A stretch of DNA of 63,786 nt, the filler included, from Octopus bimaculoides (lineage: Eukaryota), in NCBI RefSeq assembly GCF_001194135.2. It is 7 parts of 7 records of this genome, joined end to end, with 100 filler letters (N's around TTAATTAATTAA, not from the genome) between each part and the next. Parts side by side here need not be neighbours in the genome. Positions count along the whole stretch, not along the records: positions 14,070 to 29,017 come from NC_068981.1; positions 29,118 to 44,225 come from NC_068990.1; 5 more parts are not named here. The stretch is one strand, 5' to 3'. Both the position numbers and the translations under genes were made by a program. A model generated the notes under the pieces. That model did not search any database, was not told the DNA's origin, and was given only the letters and a program-made list of their open reading frames with translations. Of this stretch, positions 25,625 through 39,099 are shown piece by piece; the first letter of the stretch is position 1, and every line of letters begins with the position of its first letter.

Positions 25625-26780
25625 GAAAGAGAAAAATTACTAACATTAAGCTACAACAAATGACATTAGATACCAAGAACCCTCCTAAGTATCCTAGCTG
25701 TCCCTAATAACATTGTTTTCTGGAGCTGTACTATATTTGGTTTTATGCTTATTGTCTCTATTCATCTGTTCAAACCTTTAGGGATAGTTCCCAATGCACC
25801 TATAAATACCGAGGATACATTTTACACTCACTTTCCAAACAGTCAGCAATTCAATAGCTAGTTCCTGGCACTTTTCTACTTTTCTATACCTCTCATATTG
25901 ATTTTTTTCATCATTTGGGACTGTAAAGTGAATTATCTGTCATGTTCTATTCTCTTTATCTACTAGTTCTAAATCAGGCCTTGTAGCTTCTATTACTCTA
26001 TCAGTCTAAATGTTAAGTCCCACAGCATATTTTATTTCTTACTTTCTAGTATTTTACTAGGTTCATGCGCTTACCACTTATCAGTATATTCAAATCCTAG
26101 CTTTCTACATAACTTCCAACTCAAAGTGGATTACTCTCCATTGGTTGTTATAACTTTCCTTGTATTCTTTATGTGCCAGCATAGTACATTCACTTACTAT
26201 ATCAGTTACACTTTCGTCTTTTCATTTGCATAACCTACATTGGGAATATACTTGGTATTTTTCTACCTTGACTTTTATCCAATTAGTCCTTAATTCTTGA
26301 ACCTGTGCTGCTACTAACAAACTCCCTATTTTCCTTTTCAGCTCTCCATTCTGAAAACATAACCATGTCTCACTACTAGTATTTCCTACAACTATATTTG
26401 TGAATCTACTATGCAACGCCTTCTCCTGCCAGTCAGATCATTTCTATTCTTTTTTTATGTTTGTCTTTACTACCGCTTTGTCTTTCTTTTTCAGCTGTCT
26501 TGTCATCTCTTCTACCTCCACTTTTGTCATCCACTTTCTGCTCCTAATAACATTAGCTTGATCTATTAATCTCTCCTCAGTCACTTTAAACACACTCTTC
26601 TCTATCCAAAGTGTTAACATACGTTTTCTATAGCCCCTTCTTTTAGGTTCACTTGCTAAGTAGCTTTTCATCACTATCCCGTTTTTCGCTGGTCCACTTC
26701 CTCTTCCTTACTCTATTATCTGCTGATGCTGTTTTAGCATAACAGCAGTGGTCAGTCTGCATCTTTACTGAACCATTGCT
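25625..26780 (-). mobile_element. R4/Dong-type LINE lacking the RT domain (internal deletion derivative)
   Basis: N-terminal SYLASEPKRRGYRKRMLTLWIEKSVFKVTEERLIDQANVIRSRKWMT joined near 26445 to WQEKALHSRF...SLLVAAQVQELRTNWIK...CRLC...IGALGTIPKGL...LQKTMLLGTARILRRVLGI*. Confidence 0.8.
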
Positions 26781-27643
26781 GAGTGAGAGGCCTTCCTTCG
26801 TTGTTACAACCAGAGTTCCTTCGGAAACACCTGTCTCTCATAAACTATGCTAAAGAAACGTTCGTCACCATCGTCATCACCGCTATTATTTTTCGACATT
26901 TGATAGTTTCAAGTCACTTTCTAGTGCGTCATTTGTTGCACCTTTGCGATGGTAGGGTGGTGTTTGCAGCATTTTTCTTTTATCGGGTGGAGGAAAGGGA
27001 GGGAAATGGGAGAAATATTGTATTGTCTCAGTATATTTTGTTATGGAGTTTGGTTTGCGTCTTCTGTTGTATTATTTCATGCATTGTATGTTGTGTGTGC
27101 ATCGCAAGTTGTGTTCTGTCGTGTATCTGCCTTCTATAACACGTTGTAGGATTTGTTCATTTTGATGGGTATTTACGTATGTGTTTATACATATATGTTT
27201 TATTTTGAGGAGTGTTGCATAGTAGCATGTGAAATTCATAAATCAACTACTTCATAGTATTTGTGTATATCTGTCCACCGTTCAGTTCTATATTTAAGAA
27301 ATGAGGAATTATGTACATTATTTACATTATTTACATTACTTATATATATATGCACAATCCATACCAGAAACATCATTTAGTCCCGAGATAGCTCAGATCA
27401 AGGTAGAGTTTTCTTTCAATGTTTCATTGTTTTTGCGGCTTTTTAATTCATGCTTCGACATGGTTTCAGAGCTGATCCATCTGCCCGGCAGCTCGCTGTC
27501 ACTTCTCCATGCTCTTTGGTATTCGCTGCAGTATTTTGTTGTGGGTTCGTTTTTACAACGTTTACTTTCTTAACTGAACACCGCCCATGGACATTTCTTG
27601 ATGTTTCTCTCGTAGTTATTATTACTGAAGCGTAAAAACAGCA

Positions 27644-27675
<32 letters not shown>

Positions 27676-28099
27676 NNNNNNNNNNNNNNNNNNNNNNNNN
27701 NNNNNNNNNNNNNNNNNNNNNNNNNNNNNNNNNNNNNNNNNNNNNNNNNNNNNNNNNNNNNNNNNNNNNNNNNNNNNNNNNNNNNNNNNNNNNNNNNNNN
27801 NNNNNNNNNNNNNNNNNNNNNNNNNNNNNNNNNNNNNNNNNNNNNNNNNNNNNNNNNNNNNNNNNNNNNNNNNNNNNNNNNNNNNNNNNNNNNNNNNNNN
27901 NNNNNNNNNNNNNNNNNNNNNNNNNNNNNNNNNNNNNNNNNNNNNNNNNNNNNNNNNNNNNNNNNNNNNNNNNNNNNNNNNNNNNNNNNNNNNNNNNNNN
28001 NNNNNNNNNNNNNNNNNNNNNNNNNNNNNNNNNNNNNNNNNNNNNNNNNNNNNNNNNNNNNNNNNNNNNNNNNNNNNNNNNNNNNNNNNNNNNNNNNNN

Positions 28100-28262
28100 G
28101 GTACTGTATTGAAAACGTTTTGCGTAGGATGTGTGCAGTGCCCAGCAGTGCAATTTTCTGTATGTTATATATACATGTATGTCCTGATGTTGTTATGCAT
28201 TTGTCTGAATATTTTTTATTATACCTAAGGCACCTACTATGATAGGAATTGTTTCTGTTTTT
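28100..28262 (-). mobile_element. R4/Dong-type LINE C-terminal fragment (same family as 21069)
   Basis: KTETIPIIVGALGIIKKYSDKCITTSGHTCIYNIQKIALLGTAHILRKTFSIQ. Confidence 0.85.
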
Positions 28263-28278
28263 ATTATTATTATTATTA

Positions 28279-28335
<57 letters not shown>

Positions 28336-28349
28336 GTATTAGTATTATT

Positions 28350-28632
28350 ATTATTGACTTTGCACAGCTTCTAACGCTGCAGATGTACTACAGTGTCAGC
28401 TGTTCACTACCGTTGAACTAAGGTAGCACCTCTTATTTTTCGAACACCTTCCAGAGAATTCGAGCGGTTCCAAGCAGTGCTGTTTTCTGCAAGTGCTCCA
28501 CCCTTATTGCAGCTCATATTTGTTCTACGTACTTCTCGAGATTTTTGCTCACTGTTCCCAGAACTCCAATGGTAGTGAACAGCTGACACTGTAGTACATC
28601 TGCAGCATTAGAAGCTGTGCAAAGGCAATAAT
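28350..28632. mobile_element. Two R4/Dong-type 3' ends joined head-to-head, tails outward
   Basis: 28350-28415 reverse-complements 28567-28632 (3 mismatches); spacer encodes LGTVSKNLEKYVEQI*AAIRVEHLQKTALLGTARILWKVFEK* on the minus strand. Confidence 0.85.
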
Positions 28633-28639
28633 AATAATA

Positions 28640-29017
28640 ATGATACTTCACGAAAGGGAAAACCATCTTAATTCCCAAATCCACGGAAACGGAAAAACCA
28701 CAAGACTATAGACCTATAACCTGTCTTCCTACGATCTACAAAGCCTTTACTGCAATAATATCGCAGAGATTGAGTAAGCGCCTGGAAAATAACAACCTGT
28801 TTCCAGAAGAGCAGAAGGGATGCTGCAAGGGCTCATACGGCTGTAAAGATCAATTATTGATCAATAAAGCCATAACTGAAGACAGCCGAAGAAAGAAGAA
28901 AGGCCTCAATATGGCCTGGGTGGACTACTAAAAGGCTTTCGACAGTGTTCCCCACACGTGGATTCTGGAAACACTAGCCATAAACAAGGTGGCACCAATT
29001 ATTATAAAATACATAAG
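28640..29017 (+). mobile_element. R4/Dong-type LINE RT fragment
   Basis: RPITCLPTIYKAFTAIISQRLSKRLENNNLFPEEQKGCCKGSYGCKDQLLINKAITEDSRRKKKGLNMAWVDY*KAFDSVPHTWI. Confidence 0.9.
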
Positions 29018-29117
29018 NNNNNNNNNNNNNNNNNNNNNNNNNNNNNNNNNNNNNNNNNNNNTTAATTAATTAANNNNNNNNNNNNNNNNNNNNNNNNNNN
29101 NNNNNNNNNNNNNNNNN
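29018..29117. other. Assembly pad 2
   Basis: 44 N + TTAATTAATTAA + 44 N. Confidence 0.95.
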
Positions 29118-29302
29118 GTGGAATTGAACCTGTACCCATGTGTTTAGGAAGCAACCTTCTCACCACACAACGACGTCTCCTCAAAAGTTTGAAAAAAGGG
29201 AAGATCAATTATCTCCTTTCATGTGTCGTCAACTAAAGTTTGTGATGACGCACTTATATATACATTTATACATATATCCATACGTACATACATAACTACG
29301 TG

Positions 29303-29337
<35 letters not shown>

Positions 29338-30332
29338 GTGTTTGTGTGTGTGTGTCCGTGCGCGTGCGTTTGTGCGCGCGTGGACATTCGTATACTATCT
29401 ATGTTCGTTTCTGAATAAATATTAGTCAAAATGACAAGGTATTATTCCTAATGGCAACTTTATTGATCATATAGAGGTTGTGTCCCTGCAGCTGGTCCTT
29501 ATCTGCGTTAACTAAACCATTGAAGTAAAGAACTGTGCATATCATCGGATTGCAAAAATCCTAATAATTTTTATATCTGTTTGGGAATTTTTAAAACAAA
29601 TGTCGTTACTGATAAATATACAGACTTTGGTTTTCACTGATTTTTCAGAGTTTTATGAAAATATCTTGCTACCAGGCAAAAGATAAGTGTAGATAAGTCA
29701 TATCCTTTGATGCGTTACTATCATGCCTGTGAGATATACAATATTTGGAGAGACAGAAATAATCTATATAAATTTAGCCTCTGTCGAATACAGTCCATCT
29801 TTTATGTCTGAATAGTTCTACTGCTACTTTAGTCATAGATACATAACTAGATTTTAAAAAATAGTTTTGATGGTGCTGCTATTAAAGTAATTCATGTCTG
29901 AGATGTTTACTTGTTCTGAAAATTTTTTTGTAAGTTTTGTAAAAGGTGGTGAAGTTTCAAACAAGCGCCGATATCGATTTTTAACATATCCACGAGGCCA
30001 AATATTTTGTGCCTGTAATATATCCAGTGGAATTGACTATAGTTTAATCGATGGTACTTCTATCTTCGACCCCCGACATAACAGTTATTTCTAAAACAAG
30101 AAAAAATATAGATTTCGGGTGATGCTTATATGCGATTGCATTCAGGCCAATGTATTTCAGTGTGTTTTATGTATCCTGCATAAAAATCTTCCAGGTTGTC
30201 ATTTAATGATGCACTCGAAACTGTGTTGCTGTGTAGGGGACTGCGTGATCAAATAAAGAGAGCTGCACATTTTGGAAAGAATATTTTCCTAATATTAATA
30301 TCATTATACATTTAGTGGCTACATTCACGAGA

Positions 30333-30575
30333 GGGGCGGCTCATGTCTTGGTGGTAAGAGGTATTGCTCTAATGATCGTAAGATTGTCGTTTCGATACCC
30401 GGGCCGGGTGACGCATTGTGTCCTAGAGCGAAATAAAAATTAATTTCGCGTTGGTCCAGTATTGAATAATACTACGATGCACGGACGTCACGTCCAGGAA
30501 AGAAGTATATACTCCACCGAATCTGCGAAACGACGCTTATGAGTCTATGGCTCGGGGAGAATCTTTCAGACTTTC
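30333..30575 (+). mobile_element. SINE family C (V-domain-like), diverged
   Basis: tRNA-like head (ggtggtaagaggtattg...tttcgatacccggg), tail cttatgagtctatggctcgggg, homologous to 17101-17335. Confidence 0.6.
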
Positions 30576-31224
30576 ATTTATTTACTCCTCTATTCTGACT
30601 GTCACAAGGCCGCGGTGAAGTTCAGGCACAACTTAGAAGTATATAGTTGGTTATGCTAACAAGAATTAGTGAAGAGGTGGCCACTATGTAACTACAAACT
30701 AATACCAGGATGACAACGGCGATACTTTTTTTTTAAACGTAACGTACAATTCTTTGAGTTAGGCATCGTAAAGAATGGAAAGCTATATCGACATCGTATT
30801 TTATTTGCTGTTCTAAAGAATCAGACAAAACAAATTACTGTAATTAATAAATATATATTTTTATAATTGATTTGGAACTTTCTATATTCTCATAGAAAAT
30901 ATTTCTGTTGTTCAAAAATTAACTCAACGTTAATCTTTATACATTCGTATATTTATTACATTGCCTCTATGTTGTCTTTTAAAAATGATACACTGTTGAA
31001 CTAAAATGAATAACATCGTATTCAACTTTCGAATTTATTAAGTCGTTATTGGGTTTTTATANNNNNNNNNNNNNNNNNNNNNNNNNNNNNNNNNNNNNNN
31101 NNNNNNNNNNNNNNNNNNNNNNNNNNNNNNNNNNNNNNNNNNNNNNNNNNNNNNNNNNNNNNNNNNNNNNNNNNNNNNNNNNNNNNNNNNNNNNNNNNNN
31201 NNNNNNNNNNNNNNNNNNNNNNAT

Positions 31225-31256
<32 letters not shown>

Positions 31257-32387
31257 ATATACATATGTATGAAAATGTATACATTCATGTGCATATGTGG
31301 GTGTGGGTGTTTGTGCACGTCTGTTTGTGTATGTGTGTGCGTGTGTGTGTGTCTATTTGTATTCAACACTGGTCATAAGGAAGACTGTATCAACATTCAC
31401 TTCCCGATTATAAATTCTTATAAAGAAAATATGAATTATTACGTTATCATCGAAATGAATTTTCGAAAAGTAATTTTAATTATTAAGCAACAAATTTATC
31501 TTCTATTAATTCTACCAAAACATTCTAGTTTAAGGAATTATGAAGTTTTCATTTATTAACCAGTTTATTAAATTAATTCTTTTAACCATAAGTTATTTCC
31601 ATCTTGAAGAATTGCCGTACACTACTTAGAGATATTTGAAAATTTAATCTAGTTTTATGTAGAATTCAAAGAATTTCTCATGCGTTATCTTGAATTGATT
31701 TAACGATTCCTGATGTCATTTCATATTTTTAATTAATTTCCTTTGGGTAATTTTATACCGATTCCTTGAGTGATCTCATACGCCATAGACATGAGATCCT
31801 TTCTATTTCGCGTAAAATGTTCAATTCGAAGAATTAAATACGAGTGGTGAATAAAATATTAAAACAATACCTAGCATAGTAATAGAGGAATTCAATGGCG
31901 TTTTTCGATTGTTTTGTTTCTTTCTTAACATATACAGCTTATTGCTAGGCTACTTTTCAAAGTATTTAACTACATCACTAAGGTACAATACATCACACAC
32001 CAATCAAGCTAAGTAGCACAGATAGTACAGATGAGTAGTGTCATCCGTGAAATGAGTTTGCTGAGGAAAAAAGAGAGGAGAATTGATAGCGGTCTACTAA
32101 GTTCAAAACATAAATATCACAAGACGTACTATTACTAAAATATATATCATTAAAACATTGTCATCATATCTACTTAATGATATTTATTTCCATTGAATAT
32201 AAGTATCACTTATTTTATTGGTTTGCAAACTTTGAACGGAAATGTCGATTTTCATGATTTAAATACAAAACATAAAGGAAAATATCCAAGCAATGCGGAC
32301 AGTATTTTGTTGACAGATGTATCTTCCATGCTGTCTATCATATTTAGACGTAAATATAAGTTATTAAAGAATTGCAATTGTTTTACC

Positions 32388-32468
<81 letters not shown>

Positions 32469-32539
32469 GTATATATATATGTGTGTGTGTGTGTGTGTAT
32501 GTGTGTGTTTGTGTGTGCGTGTGTGTGTATGTGTTTATA

Positions 32540-32697
32540 TATTATCATCATCACTATTCTCATCATCCTCATCAACAACATCATCATCCATATTACTGTC
32601 ACCGTCATCCGCATTTTCATCACCATCATCGACATCATTGTCTTCGTCGTCATCTTCATCACCATCACTATCACATCCTCATCATCTCCATCAACTT

Positions 32698-32736
<39 letters not shown>

Positions 32737-32915
32737 GTCGTCGTCTTAATTAACACAAATATTGATGGCGTCGCCGACATCATCATCACCGCCAACATAA
32801 TCGCCGTCGTCGTCATCGTCATTGTCACTGTCATCATTGTCAACGCCATCATCATTATCATTGTCACCACCAACAGCAGTTGTAGCAGCAACAGCAGCAG
32901 CATCACCATCATCAT
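32540..32915. repeat. Compound (CAT)/(CGT)/(CAC) trinucleotide low-complexity tract
   Basis: Seen directly; produces spurious poly-H/S/I/M/D ORFs. Confidence 0.9.
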
Positions 32916-33025
32916 TATTTCCCTTCACTCATTGATATTTCCGCCGGTAAGTAGATTGCTACATGTCAAACTACATCATGTAGCCTTTATTGTCGATAAA
33001 ACATTACCATAACCTTTGCTGTGCC

Positions 33026-33083
33026 ACATGCTTTCAAACATGCTTTCAAACATGCTTTCAAACATGCTTTCAAACATGCTTTC
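33026..33083. repeat. 12-bp tandem repeat (acatgctttcaa) x ~5
   Basis: Perfect units seen directly. Confidence 0.95.
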
Positions 33084-33419
33084 CGTAAAATCATAAAATT
33101 TATTTCGATATTCAACAACCCCAACAAACCATTTAAAAAATTTACCACTGTTTCCGAGACTTCAATTCCAATTTGGATAGTACGTTTTCGACAAGGCAAC
33201 ATTCTTTGAAGTTTATATGTAAGATTCTTAGTATTTTTATTTCTTGTCTTTCTCTAACATCCTTCTATTGCCTTACGTAGTGAGGATTCCTGGTTCTTTT
33301 ACCAGTACTGTTAAAATTTGTGTTTTTATAGGGAAATTTGTGATAGGGTGTCGATCGGATAAACATGAAAAATATAACTTACGCTAGGAGTGTTGCTAAA
33401 CTGTCATAAAAATTCTTCA

Positions 33420-33810
33420 GATGTAGCTGTGTAGTAAGACGTTTTCTTCCAAACCATATGGTTCCGGTTTCAGTACCACCTGGGAAAGTGTCTTCCACTA
33501 TAGCCTCGGACCGACCAAATCCATGTAAGCAAATTTGGTGGACGGAAACTGAATGTAGCCGTCGTATATATACATATATATCTACGTACGTTGTCTCCGT
33601 GTCTGTGTTTTTCTACCAACACCACTTCAGAAACGGAGTTCCTCTGCTTACATCCCAGTAACTTAGCGGTTTGCTAAAGTATTGATAAAACAAGTTCCAG
33701 GCTTTAAAAAAATTACTGGGGTCGATTCCTTCGGCAAACATTCTTCAAGGTGGTACCCCAGCATGGCCGCAGTCTAATGACTGAAAAAAGTGAAAGATAA
33801 AAACAAGATA
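33420..33810 (+). mobile_element. SINE family A
   Basis: Family A head, core (ggaaagtgtcttccactatagcctcgg) and tail. Confidence 0.8.
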
Positions 33811-34599
33811 AGACATAACAACAGACGTATACCAGTATCTAACAGCATACTTGACTTCCTAGAAATAGTTCCCAACTCTCCTTCACATTACACTTGATGT
33901 ACAAATTAAGCAGTAGCGTATTATTACTCCAGGACCAATTTCTGCGATTGGTAACCATCGACTCCAGGAAAATTGACAGTAGTAGTCACTGGCTAATCAT
34001 GCGCGATATCAAGGGCGTGTATTATACTAAGTATTGTTGATAGTAAAACCCGTGAAAAGCTTGACAGCTTCTGGGAAACAAATGCATCTTGGATTACCAA
34101 ACTCTATCGTACTTTCGATTTCTTTTTATTTGATCTTTTTCGTAAGTATGAAAGAGAGCATGGCCTCACAATTCCCTCCGCGATTCGTGATATTGCTGAT
34201 ATTAATGTCCTTGATCGTTTGTAAGATAACGGCTACAGAACAGACGTGATCAGGGAGCAAATTTCAAAGGATCAACGTTCTGGGAGAAACGATTAGTGCT
34301 GGCANNNNNNNNNNTGGTGGTGGTAATGGTGGTGGTGGTGGAGGACAGTGTGAGGAAGAACAGCTGAGATAAGGTAGCTGCGTATGTCTGAGCAGAATTG
34401 GGATAAGCTAAGGCAGTGCCGAGGGGAGAGGGACCATTGATGGTACGGCAGAAAATGTAGAGGCTGTGCTGTGTCCGACAGTTGAACGGGAGATAGAAAT
34501 GGATCAAAGACTATGACACACACGCACTACTGGAATTATTGGCTTATTCATTTTCTCCATTAGACACATAATATGGATGACCATCATCATCGTCATCAT

Positions 34600-34950
34600 C
34601 ATCAGTCATTAGACTGCGGTCATGCGGGGGCATTGGTTTGACGAATTTTATTAGAATGAACCAACCTCATTTTTTTTAAACCCTGGAACTCATTTTATCA
34701 GAGCTTTTACTGAACCGCTGTGTAACGGGGCAGTAAACACACCGATACTGTTGTCAAACTGTGGTGGGGAATACAGGCACAAAATGCACACATAGATATA
34801 TACATATATGTACGACGGGCTTCTTTCATTTTCCGTCTACCAAATCCACTCACAAGGCTTTGGTTGACCCAACACTATAGTAGAAAATACATATGGTTTC
34901 ACGTAGTGAATCTGAAACCAGTACCATGTGCTTGGTAAGCAAATTCCTTA
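34600..34950 (-). mobile_element. SINE family A, diverged
   Basis: Reverse-complement core ttccgtctaccaaatccactcacaaggctttgg. Confidence 0.75.
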
Positions 34951-36592
34951 CCCAAAAGCCATATTTGCACTTATAATTGATGAAAGGAAATATTCGAGCT
35001 GTATAACATCTGTGATGAAGGCCATTGTATAGGATGCATATGTGATGAGATTTATTTAACGTTGACCAATAAATATCCACATCCCGTTCTATGCTCGTCT
35101 GCTAATACGCAGTCTACCTGGTTTTGTTATTTGTTTCTTTCTTTGCTATTTTATTTTCGCTTGTCTTCAATTAATTTACAGGATTATACGTTAGTATAGA
35201 ATATTCTCAAATCGCCGCTTCATAACTGTTTTATTCTCTTAATCATTCTTTATTTATAGCATTTAACACTGATTCACTAGTGTCCATTATCTATATTTTA
35301 TTACGGTTAATACAATATTTACTTTTAATGTGGAATGTCTTTATACATATATATATANNNNNNNNNNNNNNNNNNNNNNNNNNNNNNNNNNNNNNNNNNN
35401 NNNNNNNNNNNNNNNNNNNNNNNNNNNNNNNNNNNNNNNNNNNNNNNNNNNNNNNNNNNNNNNNNNNNNNNNNNNNNNNNNNNNNNNNNNNNNNNNNNNN
35501 NNNNNNNNNNNNNNNNNNNNNNNNNNNNNNNNNNNNNNNNNNNNNNNNNNNNNNNNNNNNNNNNNNNNNNNNNNNNNNNNNNNNNNNNNNNNNNNNNNNN
35601 NNNNNNNNNNNNNNNNNNNNNNNNNNNNNNNNNNNNNNNNNNNNNNNNNNNNNNNNNNNNNNNNNNNNNNNNNNNNNNNNNNNNNNNNNNNNNNNNNNNN
35701 NNNNNNNNNNNNNNNNNNNNNNNNNNNNNNNNNNNNNNNNNNNNNNNNNNNNNNNNNNNNNNNNNNNNNNNNNNNNNNNNNNNNNNNNNNNNNNNNNNNN
35801 NNNNNNNNNNNNNNNNNNNNNNNNNNNNNNNNNNNNNNNNNNNNNNNNNNNNNNNNNNNNNNNNNNNNNNNNNNNNNNNNNNNNNNNNNNNNNNNNNNNN
35901 NNNNNNNNNNNNNNNNNNNNNNNNNNNNNNNNNNNNNNNNNNNNNNNNNNNNNNCGGCATTCTTTCGATACAACAATAAATCAAATGTTTAATGTGTCTT
36001 TCTATACGAGTTTCTTTGTTGTTGTTAACTCTTTCTATTCGATTTTGTATTTGATTTGGGAGTTTATGATCATATTTTTTTATTTTTTTATAGTTTTATA
36101 TTTTCATTCTTTTTCTTTTTTTTTCTTACTTTTATATTATATATTCTATCTACCCTATAAATAATGGATAGTTTCTTGTTTGTATGTAACTATAACTAAA
36201 ATGTTTAATCGTACCATACGTCTCCCTGCATTATTCTACACACCGAATATATTTTATTTATGTTGATGTTTATTTATTTATTAGTACGGTATTTACTCTT
36301 TTTTTTTGGTTCATAATACATTAAATACTCCAACTTTCTTTGAAGATAACCTCTACATAATTTTCTTTCAGAGATAATCACTACATTATGTGCGGCTTTA
36401 TCTATGAGTAGTTAATATGAATCTTTCATGTTCCAGCATCAAATACTCCCACACAACTCCTTCTATACACTCGCCTTCAAAAGTAGATCATATCTACACA
36501 CTTTAATTTTACTTTTGGCGTAGTTAATTATGGAGTCTACTAGAAATACGTTATATAAATATATATATATATGTATAATGTATATATATATG

Positions 36593-36697
<105 letters not shown>

Positions 36698-37958
36698 TAA
36701 TACTGCTAACTCCATTTGTAGATTCAACCATTTTTTTTACCTTAATATCAGATTCTATTTCATTGCACATGGCTTCATAAAGCGTCATGTATTCATGAGT
36801 AAAAATATATGGATTGCTGTTTTTGTGAATATACAGGTGCCTGTGTCTATGTATGTCTGTATGTATGTATGTATGTATGTATGTATGTGTGTATGTATGT
36901 AACTATGGACGTCGTTCCATGTCGCTGAATGTTTGATTATAAGGGTTTGCTTAAAAGTTGATACGGTATAATCATTTTGAGGGTGGGGGGAATCATTCTT
37001 ATTTTAAAATATTCTATTTAATTGAAGAGACTGTATTGCCGCCACATCTTGGCGCTACATTCAGCGAAATTACATGTATTTTAGACATTCAACTACTTAC
37101 ATGGTATTTTGTTTGACAAACCTGTTAAATGTTTTGGCCTAGCACATTCCACATATAACATTTCACAGAGAAACCTTGTGCAGAGCGTACACCAAAGGAT
37201 TATGAGGTGATAAACTTAGAATCTGAATGGAAATCTTTGCACACGGACCCAGTAGCATTTTGTCTTATTCAGTCTTTGTTTATTTAAGTAACTTTATAGA
37301 AATTTCAAAATCAGACGAACACATACACACACATACGCTCAAACACACACACATACGCTCAAACACACACACATACACGCATATACATACATACACACAC
37401 ATGCGCATACGCACACACACATACAGACACAGACACAAGCCATCACTTCGTCGGTTACGACGACAAGTATTCACGGTCATCCATTCAACGGAACAAACTG
37501 CACGTGAAGTGACCGTGTACGTGACTGAGCAATTCACAAACACGCGTTCTGTGAATGCAGCTGTGGGGAACATTCAGCATGACACATTATGACAAGGTTG
37601 GCCCTTTAAATGGCAGGGACAACTAATTTTTGCCAACTGAGGCAACTGGGTTAACGTGAAATAAAGTGTCTTGCTCAAGAAAACACAACGCGCCACGGGG
37701 AGGCGATCTTGCAGCCTTACGACCGTAAGAATACCCTAAAGTCTGCGCCTTCACCACGCGCGCGCGCGCATATCTACGCATACGCATATAAGCAAGCACA
37801 CACATACACATACATACTCGCATGCAGGAAGAAATCAACCGATTCACTCGTACAATGACACCTATATGTTTACTACAATTATCGCCATTCTTTTTGATGT
37901 CAGTCTCCATATCTTTAGACGCAGACCAATATATATATATATATATATTTATTTATAT

Positions 37959-38168
37959 AAGGGCATTGCTATAGAACTTTGAACCGTTGATAAGGATTCT
38001 GCAAGATACACTTTCAGTTTCATGCCCACAATGTTTGGAGAAACTATATTATAGTCAAGTCTGTTTTTGAGAAGCCAGTTTTTGAGAGTTGCATTTCCTC
38101 GCGTACGGTAAAAATGTGTTTATTATGGTAGTTTTAGCGTGAGGCATTCTTCTATAGTAATGCCCTTA
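37959..38168. mobile_element. Small MITE inserted in a TA-rich site
   Basis: aagggcattgctatagaa (37959-37976) mirrored by ttctatagtaatgccctt (38150-38167), with mirrored TA-rich flanks. Confidence 0.6.
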
Positions 38169-38335
38169 TATAAATATAAATAAATATATTCTAGCAGTAA
38201 TTCAGACACGTATGTTTTATAACGGTACTTACTGTAGTATTTCCGAAGTGTAGATTCCAAGTTAGATGAACAGAATAAAAATAAGTATCAAAGATGTACA
38301 GGTGTGCATCTTTGTACACCTGTACACCTTTCTTA

Positions 38336-38382
<47 letters not shown>

Positions 38383-39099
38383 CAACAATTTCTAAAGATA
38401 AAGAAAATTAAACGATTGGAACGAAAAGATACCAACGCAGGAAGGCTCTTCGTCCGAAGGTGAATTAATCGATATACATTTCCGTAATATATTTCAGTGG
38501 TTTGATCGACATAAATTGATAAGCGTTGCGAAATTTATGTATTTTAAGATCATGTGCGAAGCTCCCGCACCCCACTTTGTTAAAAATAATAACGTTGGCG
38601 TTTTATCACCTATGAATACATAAGAAGCTGTTTGCATCATGTCAGTATCCCCAAATCCACTCGCCCTCAAGCGTCTAGTTAAAGGTTAAGGGAAGAAAGG
38701 AAAATGGTTGGTAATAAATGCGCAAGAACATTGATGTATATGCTTAAATTCGTTAATCGTCATTATTCGCAAGTTCAGTGTCATGGCACAGCTGTTGGTG
38801 TGCGTTTATATCAATCCTGATTAGCTAGATGTACGATCAAACACGTGTCATGTGGGTTAATCGTGGGTTAATTTGTACATCGGGATCAATATTGTCCAAA
38901 TTCTTTCTTTGCTTTCAAGGCGTAATGTCCTTTATTTCAGGGCGATTCCGTGGCATAAGTCAATTAACAGTGTAGCTTCATCATTGGCTTTCATCAAGCC
39001 ACATACTTATCGATAAAATATTCATACGATCATCTCCTGAAAAATGTAACCAAGGACGCTATTAAAATACATACATACATACATACATACATAATGATA

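Noticed and set aside
27400-27630. Possible terminal exon on the minus strand (IITTRETSRNVHGRCSVKK...KPCRSMN*)
   Set aside because: Several frames on both strands look equally plausible; no partner exons or homology identified.
38440-38462. Minus-strand cggacgaagagcc as a fourth hammerhead
   Set aside because: No GAAA half or stem II partner follows.
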